A stretch of 64,000 nt of DNA from Eukaryota sp. TZLM1-RC. Taxonomy: Eukaryota > Protista > Metamonada: BaSk clade. Each line of letters opens with the position of its first letter. The first letter of the stretch is position 1. The position numbers and the translations under genes were made by a program. The DNA lies in the NCBI GenBank assembly GCA_040285825.1, contig JAUPSS010000006.1, forward strand, positions 930,001-994,000, written 5' to 3'. Under the pieces are notes generated by a model. It saw only the letters and a list, made by a program, of their open reading frames with translations, made no database searches and was not told the DNA's origin. Shown here piece by piece: positions 46,101 through 53,968 of this stretch.

Positions 46101-46170
46101 CTCCGAAGAATCAAAAGAAACCGCCCAAGTGTTTAATCAAGCACAATATCTTCCCAATTATGTTGAGTAA
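37195..46170 (+). CDS. Giant type-I membrane surface protein with three RCC1/BLIP-II propellers, beta-helix regions and a PSI-like Cys domain
   Basis: Signal peptide MNFTVAIVATLLILSCFG; RCC1 blocks at ~37700-38690, ~39355-40365 and ~41025-42025; motif FIAPNGTNDECCGTKSFPC; CNLCVEVPICGW; Pro/Glu stalk; TM at ~45825-45900; ~85-aa tail. The frame is open from 37138. Confidence 0.9.
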   Translation: MNFTVAIVATLLILSCFGNHVQLNTSMIDLDESFLWSNPEIWSPMPPSNFSDVLVEGESASVVLVLNHNITVQSLQLSHITLVLDAVSLIITNVSVFDNVILESTTYPLSTICTQNLRVLGNFDVVGLQLLVTDFAHLLHGDLYLNNSQIILKETAVLSVDENVGSDHKLMAWGDGSSGRTGTGDLNNPHPILPVLTNEEFIDVSAGFSHSLGLRADGKVFGWGSNTANRLVSGSSEIHSPTIIDSLDSIVQIAAGNQFSLARDSSGNVYSWGLGSFGRLGHGDTSDQTTPKRVNLISPAVDISAGSIDALAVLNNGQVQAWGRNNEGQLGDGTKTQRNTPILLPVSSIRKGKACNRNSHFITFDDHLLSTGRNVEGQLCTGDPFERTIPTYIHNYASFSVVQVECTGFFSIFLTSNGDVYSCGHVLGRRGTIPPHTPGKVDGLPKVSRIFALSNQPMALLTSGILVQWDDYQHPVPVNAVSGLTLGNIICGQSFCFAENYHNFPRVSGCQNSSIEVFGTIQSTSIVPLSFDVPVIIHSSGSSLSNNSTIRFDQHIGVYGEVISRDSSFHISSVFELLGGFISSDDLAITPWGVLSGFGIIESSIDNFGVIEVSDDIIFSNELVLQQDSELFFLNSDAKVTVSSASFTLHRDSTVRSSSHLSFITTQNFTLLGNTMFEQVELSICKNGHLIQGEMNLIDSQIIIEEVAVVSTNPESKYIYQLFSFGHGDRGKTGTGVTDQWHGLLPVHSIDHFISVSAGRQSTLAVTRNGEVYGWGRSVTLGHGSSAQFDTPTKVPNLSGVVKVSLYDSHALALVKNGDVYSWGFNTGGRLGHGENLDGSYNNEFFPRRITALSSVKDISTGSIHSLALIPHGYVMSWGGDSSRQLGRISTSGRSIPNAVNINAVKKIVGCAASSLFINNEGRLFATGNNDDGQLCMGHKTQINAPTCILNCESYQVVDVSCSPDTTVFLTADGNVFSCGGLLGRSTDQVPDHSPGKVEGLPFVKNVTAGDNVAYALSEKGVLYQWTSGTSAVISRDSRGLSINNVYAGHSSIFITFKHETVMFLGSNLSSLNIFGSFISDAEVQFSIPVKIASTGSMKIDNDIIVQSSIENLGEIRTNQSIIIQSGGLHSANYLESLQILIHKGSFLSGSDIINSSVFNEGTLKLAGELSVMGDLELRSESQISNTDDVTGTFALTVDGLTSFFRTSLVFDPQHSVTVHTASAQILDHVDCKSATLLIGNTSSHLEGTVSLTDSRLVIDEDAECLINDHYDVGNTLMAWGVARHGKSGTGTTNTHPIRAVRNSEEIIEVFGSFYHSVGLGTNGRVFAWGSNQANRLGIIGSSPILTPTIVDNLEHIVQISAGDRFSLARDSSGFVFSWGMGSRGRLGHGNANDNSVPTIIEGLHDVVDISAGLGHSLALTFSGEVYAWGHNSGRLGDLSLNDRLSPVLISLYPKTPHKVTACGDQSFVITIDNELFTTGINTHGELCLGDYISRNTFTPIAGFTTYKVVQVSCQRRFSAFLTNEGEVYSCGDVERIGRTTAEIPQHVPGRVPGLSNIMKISAGVNTVLALNIHHELYSWNRFIGASLARETLNQKIGMIATGEDTTFVSYWYDKPKFAQDDSSSLEVFGNMKFDLKSTINFDLALSIGSDGRVSSISSGMLFTKSILIAGILTMAENHDIYFTDSVALKGGTIEADNVYLNSSASFSGYGKIHATVHNEGRLEPTGELRFFSDLLLVESAELVFRNKEHNENQINLNGTAFLNGSLRIDFLHQDLMEGESFSLLIFDQSISSFDRVFISCATLFQFFDQPNSIDILVRNASDGISYRNFFIAPNGTNDECCGTKSFPCLSVGKVLERMGTKGVINLIEGAYNETHFDYTFNNVDLTFEGNFTSNVPSVSISSSLVLSNSKIQLRNIALILNDTIVVRDSDLIIDDLVIFTPSSSSLFDSDGSRIKISNVDFSSDFTEISDSHFFILANSLLLVEKSNFTTMSVFTSAVFSNISFTNIQMNVGCFEKSALLELENTFMDMFNFEFCFDVDCSHSDIIHNSPLIFASQSNILLDNVHSSDYNLQTIYATDSIIDVHNSVFSNAVSISGHFVFCNTLGTFTNVIFSNLEGNMLSLQKQSEFQVVNLTFVDNKSIPEPIIHSSSSELLLESINFSNSANSVLFVENHSILYMKELIHPYYLNLTLANSTAFMYAGVDWSLGVVEVFSSNVYFYSNFNVKVELFSGQITVESTSQLSSLQVSTVCEPFIPGQHSLSNDTYWMQFCEGNGVFVHPGGTIQNLDLKSGIVHLSNSSRIETVNLHSSDSIIYISNSTLAYSSQPTLHLQSGFLVGSGTLVLDHFICQWDGCVCRPGAPHCDTDCTIFGECNLCVEVPICGWSSDFGVCDFADSNGNPLNLKYFDWYFDSCQECQLINDSVIDHSIIQKFHFPTENLIEFQVTVPYVRSSFWTLDFRRFLSIDSLSSCSNGGDGLKNITNLQNLRSAPHSNLTTTFNNQLHLAYYDASIWSQHSPSCELVSYRLILAKSMLKSCSAINESTVKVYDNTPIVEDSVTIFVNLHKNSLNPNESTELSRSIFFTYLAWIQGISVVPISQQASFDSYGHSDVLKNINVYFDSVYNHHMLKIEFDSTLHFTSAASNSTFISDLSLSNSNDSTLLSGRFSMELFETLPVLFELISADDYQVSFLLALISTETSQQGKLPCMITTPTSFEVVQDFSSLDQLVNYHNPGPYFPGDNIFLVMVLTETEVNASLSQIYLCPVETSNGEIFEDSSLCFFLNFNNIASTNLSINNILYTVLDAEVAAPDVSQRQLFNLHFVAETQSQSFDGSKLVIIEPLVDPIKPAEPEDPIEPEEPPDHDEPTDPTDLTDTVPHRLITVLFIVVVVLTVITLVVIGCLIKVWKILRNLRNQSTNPGPFQMESLISGPSNKLPNLTTFNNVTSLRDALSAPASNLGKEQHAERVINVTSEESKETAQVFNQAQYLPNYVE

Positions 46171-46247
46171 ATTGTTAATTTTTTGTCATGATGTGAATAA
46201 AAGACTTTAAAACATTTGTATTTATTCCAATAAAAAACAAACTATTG

Positions 46248-49200
46248 GTAATGTTGGCTATGTGTTACAAATAGATCAGAACAAACTCATGATTTTCAAT
46301 TGATTTTGTATATATTTGAATTAATTTAGTTTATTAATTTTTAAACATTAAATTGTAAAAATAGTAAAAAATCAAAAGTATACAATTGAATGTTGCAAAC
46401 TAATAAAACCATTGCTGTAAGTGTAAAAGTATCGTTTTGATACGATTTACTGAGGCTCATATGAAGTTCCTAGTTTCGTATATTGACCAATGGTTGTTTA
46501 TTACTATCATTGGTCAAATCTTTAAAGTCCATTTTGGGACAATTAATATAACAATTGTGGTGTCAAAGTCCGTGCTATGATCATTTGAGTAGTCATTGGT
46601 ATGATTGGTTCAATGGTCATTGGTATGATTTGGTATGATTTGCATGATGTAGTCCTTATGTACTAGATGTGATCAGCTTGTGATCAAACTTTGTGTGAAA
46701 TTGTGTGTGAGTAATGTTGGCTATGTGTTACAAACAGATCAGTACAAACTCATGATTACATTTTCAATTGATTTTGTATATATTTGAATTAATTGAGTTT
46801 ATTAATTTTTAAACATTATATTGTAAAAATAGTAAAAAATCAAAAAGTATACAATTGAATGTTGCAAACTAATAAAACCATTGCTGTAAGTGTAAAAGTA
46901 TCGTTTTTGATACGATTTACTGAGGCTCATTTGAAGTTCCTAGTTTCGTATATTGACCAATGGATGTTTATTACAATCATTGGCCAAATCTTTAAAGTCC
47001 ATTTTGGGACAATTAATATAACAATTGTGGTGTTAAAGTCCGTGCTATGATCATTTGAGTAGTCATTGGTATGATTGGTTGAATGGTCATTGGTATGATT
47101 TGGTATGATTTGCATGATGTAGTCCTTATGTACTAGATGTGATCAGCTTGTGATCAAACTTTGTGTGAAATTGTGTGTGAGTAATGTTGGCTATGTGTTA
47201 CTTGATCAGTACAAACTCATGATTACATTTTCAATTGATTTTGTATATATTTGAATTAATTAAGTTTATTAATTTTTAAACATTAAATTGTAAAAATAGT
47301 AAAAAATCAAAAAGTATACAATTGAATGTTGCAAACTAATAAAACCATTGCTGTAAGTGTAAGAGTATCGTTTTTGATACGATTTACTGAGGCTCATATG
47401 AAGTTCCTAGTTTCGTATATTGACCAATGGTTGTTTATTACAATCATTGGTCAAATCTTTAAAGTCCATTTTGGGACAATTAATATAACAATTGTGGTGT
47501 CAAAGTCCGTGCTATGATCATTTGAGTAGTCATTGGTATGATTGGTTCAATGGTCATTGGTATGATTTGGTATGATTTGCATGATGTGGTCCTTATGTAC
47601 TAGATGTCATCAGCTTGTGATCAAACTTTGTGTGAAATTGTGTGTGAGTAATGTTGGCTATGTGTTACTTGATCAGTACAAACTCATGATTACATTTTCA
47701 ATTGATTTTGTATATATTTGAATTAATTGAGTTTATTAATTTTTAAACATTAAATTGTAAAAATAGTAAAAAATCAAAAAGTATACAATTGAATGTTGCA
47801 AACTAATAAAACCATTGCTGTAAGTGTAACAGTATCATTTTTGATACGATTTACTGAGGCTCATTTGAAGTTCCTAGTTTCATATATTGACCAATGGTTG
47901 TTTATTACAATCATTGGTCAAATCTTTGAAGTCCATTTTGGGACAATTAATATAACAATTGTGGTGTTAAAGTCCGTGCTATGGTCATTTGAGTAGTCAT
48001 TGGTATGATTGGTTGAATGGTCATTGGTGTGATTTGGTGAGTTGCATGTAGTCCTTATGTACTAGATGTGATCAACTTGTGATCAAAATTTGTGTGAAAT
48101 TGTGTGTGAGTAATGTTGGCTATGCGTAACTTGAGCAGTACAAACTCATGATTTTCAATTGATTTTGTATATATTTGAATTAATTTAGTTTATTAATTTT
48201 TAAACATTAAATTGTAAAAATAGTAAAAAATCAAAAAGTATACAATTGAATGTTGCAAACTAATAAAACCATTGCTGTAAGTGTAAAAGTATCGTTTTTG
48301 ATACGATTTACTGAGGCTCATATGAAGTTCCTAGTTTCGTATATTGACCAATGGTTGTTTATTACTATCATTGGTCAAATCTTTAAAGTCCATTTTGGGA
48401 CAATTAATATAACAATTGTGGTGTCAAAGTCCGTGCTATGATCATTTGAGTAGTCATTGGTATGATTGGTTCAATGGTCATTGGTATGATTTGGTATGAT
48501 TTGCATGATGTAGTCCTTATGTACTAGATGTGATCAGCTTGTGATCAAACTTTGTGTGAAATTGTGTGTGAGTAATGTTGGCTATGTGTTACAAACAGAT
48601 CAGTACAAACTCATGATTACATTTTCAATTGATTTTGTATATATTTGAATTAATTGAGTTTATTAATTTTTAAACATTAAATTGTAAAAATAGTAAAAAA
48701 TCAAAAAGTATACAATTGAATGTTGCAAACTAATAAAACCATTGCTGTAAGTGTAAAAGTATCGTTTTTGATACGATTTACTGAGGCTCATTTGAAGTTC
48801 CTAGTTTCGTATATTGACCAATGGATGTTTATTACAATCATTGGCCAAATCTTTAAAGTCCATTTTGGGACAATTAATATAACAATTGTGGTGTTAAAGT
48901 CCGTGCTATGATCATTTGAGTAGTCATTGGTATGATTGGTTGAATGGTCATTGGTATGATTTGGTATGATTTGCATGATGTAGTCCTTATGTACTAGATG
49001 TGATCAGCTTGTGATCAAACTTTGTGTGAAATTGTGTGTGAGTAATGTTGGCTGTGTGTTACTTGATCAGTACAAACTCATGATTACATTTTCAATTGAT
49101 TTTGTATATATTTGAATTAATTAAGTTTATTAATTTTTAAACATTAAATTGTAAAAATAGTAAAAAATCAAAAAGTATACAATTGAATGTTGCAAACTAA

Positions 49201-50244
49201 TAAAACCATTGCTGTAAGTGTAAGAGTATCGTTTTTGATACGATTTACTGAGGCTCATATGAAGTTCCTAGTTTCGTATATTGACCAATGGTTGTTTATT
49301 ACAATCATTGGTCAAATCTTTAAAGTCCATTTTGGGACAATTAATATAACAATTGTGGTGTCAAAGTCCGTGCTATGATCATTTGAGTAGTCATTGGTAT
49401 GATTGGTTCAATGGTCATTGGTATGATTTGGTATGATTTGCATGATGTAGTCCTTATGTACTAGATGTCATCAGCTTGTGATCAAACTTTGTGTGAAATT
49501 GTGTGTGAGTAATGTTGGCTATGTGTTACTTGATCAGTACAAACTCATGATTACATTTTCAATTGATTTTGTATATATTTGAATTAATTGAGTTTATTAA
49601 TTTTTAAACATTAAATTGTAAAAATAGTAAAAAATCAAAAAGTATACAATTGAATGTTGCAAACTAATAAAACCATTGCTGTAAGTGTAACAGTATCATT
49701 TTTGATACGATTTACTGAGGCTCATATGAAGTTCCTAGTTTCGTATATTGACCAATGGATGTTTATTACAATCATTGGCCAAATCTTTAAAGTCCATTTT
49801 GGGACAATTAATATAACAATTGTGGTGTTAAAGTCCGTGCTATGATCATTTGAGTAGTCATTGGTATGATTGGTTGAATGGTCATTGGTATGATTTGGTA
49901 TGATTTGTATGATGTAGTCCTTATGTACTAGATGTGATCAACTTGTGATCAAACTTTGTGTGAAATTGTGTGTGAGTAATGTTGGCTATGTGTTACAAAC
50001 AGATCAGTACAAACTCATGATTACATTTTCAATTGATTTTGTATATATTTGAATTAATTAAGTTTATTAATTTTTAAACATTAAATTGTAAAAATAGTAA
50101 AAAATCAAAAAGTATACAATTGAATGTTGCAAACTAATAAAACCATTGCTGTAAGTGTAAGAGTATCGTTTTTGATACGATTTACTGAGGCTCATATGAA
50201 GTTCCTAGTTTCGTATATTGACCAATGGTTGGTTATTACAATCA
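46248..50244. repeat. Tandem satellite, ~467-bp unit x8.6, tetrameric higher-order repeat
   Basis: Unit starts (gtaatgttggct) at 46248, 46711, 47181, 47648, 48110, 48572, 49042, 49509 and 49976. Confidence 0.97.
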
Positions 50245-50790
50245 GGAGAAGTTATCAATTTATGAATAGCACCACTTGTTTTTGATTACATTTTTGGTGT
50301 AGAAAAACATTGTTGCATGAACTTTTACATTGATAAAGAAAAATTATTTTACTTTTGTTATTTGACAGCAACAAAAAAATAAATTTCAAAAAAATTACAG
50401 TTTCACTTTCATTTTGAATGTATTCTAGAAAAAGATATCGTTTGTTTGACTTGAATCAAAAGGTGATCGTTTGTATATGGCAACGGTAACGCTATTTTCT
50501 GCACGATTATCGTTCTTTTGATTAGGTCAGTATCTTTTTCAAAATTTATGAGCTTTATACATCATTAAAACCAATGTTCATGTCATTCATTTGATTTGAA
50601 TTCCTTTGTTGATAATCTTTTTACAACATCTGCGACAATTTATACATGGTTATCTTGCCTTTGAAAAAATCGAAACGAATGACGCATTTTACAAGAGAAG
50701 TTTTTAAGTTTATCAATACAGCATGTGTTCTTGATCACATTTTTGGTGTAGAAAAACATTGTTGCGTGAACTTTTACATTGATAAAGAAG
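50245..50790. repeat. Imperfect ~95-bp direct duplication with ~450-bp spacing
   Basis: acatttttggtgtagaaaaacattgttgcRtgaacttttacattgataaagaa occurs at ~50288 and ~50737. Confidence 0.75.
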
Positions 50791-52154
50791 TTTTTCTTTT
50801 TTTATTAAACATAAATAAAAAAAATTTAAAATTTCATAAATTCAACAAACACTTTAATTGCAAAATCAGTACACGAAACTAGATGCTCTATTGATCAAAA
50901 ATACTGCACCAAAAAAGCTAAAACAATTTGGCATAGTTTTCATTTAAAATCCCCATTTCTTATATGAAAAAAAGACTCCACACGTGACAATAAATTTTTG
51001 AATTGTAATATCCATATGAGTGTTTAAAACGCTGTTGAATGTTATTGTGTTTTCACACTTTCTGTGAAAACATGCTTATGCACAAGTGATACAAGGCAGG
51101 TTTGATACATGAAGAAATGATTTATGTATTCTGTTTCAATGGCAATCTTGAAAACAATAGTGTTGGCAGAAAAGATGATGTATGAAAAGAATACTGTCCA
51201 GGAGAACTTTATTACGATAGAGTCTTCATCAAGGAGAAAGTACAACGGTGAAGACATCAAGCCAATCCATGAACAATTGAGATCAAAAGAGTGATTGAGT
51301 CAAACGAAACACTGACAATAACCGATAGGTAAAAGATTTACGGAATATAAATCCAAAATGCGTTAGGCAAGGCTGCTGCACTGATGGCAATCGTGATGCC
51401 TACCCTTCTGCACCGAAGAATCATGGCACTAAGAGTATAATGTGTTTGAAGTTACAGACGCATCCCAAAGTCGGAGTACGGAAATGAGAAAAACCGCAGA
51501 AGGTTGCTCAGGTTGGAAGATCAGATTTTGGGTCTGGTTTCAAACTTCAGATTTTCCAATTTTGACATTGGAATTTTACCAACCCATCATCCAATACATT
51601 TTGGTTCTGTTGTCCTGTTTTTTGTATAAACACGAATCAAAGTTCTAGTTATAGCATTTGCTGGTGTTGTTTCACAGTGATGACCATTATGGTCTCAAAT
51701 TGTGGATTTTACAAAAAGGTTCTATGTTTTATACAAATTGATTCAGAATCATCCAAATGAGATCAGACCACAAACAATGGCGAAACGTGAAATGAAATTA
51801 GGAAATGAAAGAAATTTTCATTTTTTTATCCCATTTCGGAAAGTAGTTGCTATTTGATCATTTTCAATTGATTGTTTTTAAATAATTTTTGAAAATGTGA
51901 AAACAGCTTAATTGTTCATGTTGAACAAAATTTTGGTGTTGTATGTAAGCCTTAGTGGAAACATTGAATTTTACTACACGTGTCGAATTTTATGGGAAAT
52001 CATTTTTGATTGAAAATTTAAATTGACACATCAATAAGAATTGATTACATTTATCAGGATGTAATGGATCTTTATGGAAAGCACAAATGACCAACATTGA
52101 TACAATCATATTTGATTGATTTCACAAAAGGTAACATTTATGAAATTTTCTGGT

Positions 52155-53357
52155 TTTTTAACCAGTATTTCCTATAAAAAATCTTGATCTGCTTGCTGTC
52201 TAGCTAAAGCTGCTCTTATTCGATTGAAAAACCGTGGTAATCTATTAGTAATGGCAAATTGAATCCGTGAACGCCATAAAAAAATATCAAATCTTTTTAT
52301 TGTTTTTTCTTGCACCATTTTTTGGAAGTCATTCAAAAAAGTTTCTGCTTCATCTGATAATCTTCCATTTATCGAAAATGGGAAAGCAATAAAAACCAGC
52401 TGTGTATATCTATCGGCATTAGCCTCTTCAATATCTTTATCATATTTTTTATGTTTCTCTTCCGCTTTAAAATCAAGAGCAGTCACAGAATTAAGTTTTC
52501 TTCTGTGAACCAAAGTATCATTTGCAACATTACATGAGACAAAGTCAACAATAGCTTCAGAATTATCAATCCAATCACAGTATACATCACCTCTATCATC
52601 AGAACCAAAATTAATCAGAGAAAGTGTTTCCTTCAGCAGGGGCTCTTTGATACATGATATCCTTGCAGTTTGTGCCATATTGAAAACAGTGTCTTCAACA
52701 GCATCATGTAATGAAGAACGATAAGTTATCAATTTAGAGCAATTCAGAGCATGGCGCAAAGTGAGTTGAGGTGAATTCGAACAAATACATTTTTCTTTTG
52801 ATAATAATTGGTTCATGGGGATGTTTAAATATAATCTCATTTTTGTTACAAATGCTTCATGAGTGGCACACAATACAAATCTTCGTGGTACAATGGTTAC
52901 AAAAAGTGAAGAATCTGACGACTTGTTTTCACAAACACCTTTTCCAATAACAATGAGTGAAGATCGTGATTTAAAACAGCCGAGCTGCATATATTATTAT
53001 AAAGATCTTTTTCATACATTCCAGTCAATCGTTTCTGTAATGTTCGAAGAGTGTATTACAAATTAAAAAATTCCTGTCTGGAATATTGCCATTGAATGAT
53101 TGGGGAAAGCATCGACTTCATTTTTTTATATCAATTTTTGAAATTTCTTCATTTAATGCAAAAACAATGGAACCTTGCGTTGTCATTAATAAATCTTCCC
53201 AATATGTAAAGCTTTCGGAAAACTCAAAGATTGCATTTCTGCATCCACCAATAGAAACACACGAAGTAAGAATAGAAGCCTTCGTCCAACCTAAATCGCC
53301 ATAATGTGGACCATGATCAGCATGGTATGGAATTTGGAACATTTTACATCCCAGTAA
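52155..53357 (-). mobile_element. Older, more diverged family B copy
   Basis: LLGCKMFQIP...RGDVYCDWIDN...ARQQADQDF with frameshifts. The 3' UTR is lost. Confidence 0.88.
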
Positions 53358-53379
53358 ATGTTTTTTAAAGATGGAATAA

Positions 53380-53545
53380 AACATTGATTTTTCATCTAAA
53401 TACAAAAAAAGAAAGTGAAACAAATAAGAAACAAAATTTTCCATACCAATTCTTAAAAAATACTTGTACAGCTTAGACACCACTAAATTAAAATACCGTG
53501 TTTGTGAAAAAACTTTGACCCAAAAAGTTCGAAAATTATTAATCA
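53380..53545 (-). mobile_element. Family C 3'-end fragment
   Basis: SKLYKYFLRIGMENFVSYLF resembles the family C end SKLYKDSSRVGVENLVSYVF. Confidence 0.65.
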
Positions 53546-53816
53546 TTTCACGTGATTTGCACTCTTTCTCATAAGGTCACAATGCCAAACCTTCTTTCTT
53601 CTGAACCACCAAAAAAACGTCGTGTTACTTTACTCGACTACTATCACCCTGTTTCACAACTCGAGGTCATTGAAGTTGGAACTAAACAATCTGTTTTAGA
53701 AAATCTTCCTACTCAAGAACAGTCTCAAGTCCAAAAAGTTCTACATACAACCTCTGTTCCAAATTCTTCCAAATCTTTGTCAGCACAAGTTCGTCCACCC
53801 AATTATCAGAAACTCT

Positions 53817-53968
53817 TGTTGCTTTTCGTGCACTAAACATAAACAAAAACAGAAGTTTATGGACAGAATATAAGAAATCAATGAAAATAAAACAAAAATA
53901 CAATTTAAACTAATGATGACGTGATCCTCTTTCCTAAAGAGGAAAGACACGTTTAGCCACAGCTAACA
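53817..53968 (-). repeat. Putative 3' LTR (152 bp) of the Gypsy element
   Basis: On the minus strand it begins TGTTAGC directly after the purine tract GAAAAAGAAAGAGAAGGTAG (PPT overlapping the stop codon) and ends GCAACA, giving TGTT...AACA termini. No second LTR copy is present to confirm. Confidence 0.6.

Noticed and set aside
46248-50244. CRISPR array, or repeated 62-67 aa genes in the satellite
   Set aside because: Units are near-identical along their whole length with no unique spacers and no cas genes nearby. The short ORFs vary in stops and frameshifts between units and lack recognisable motifs.
53118-53546. 142-aa ORF
   Set aside because: Chimera of family C and family B remnants.
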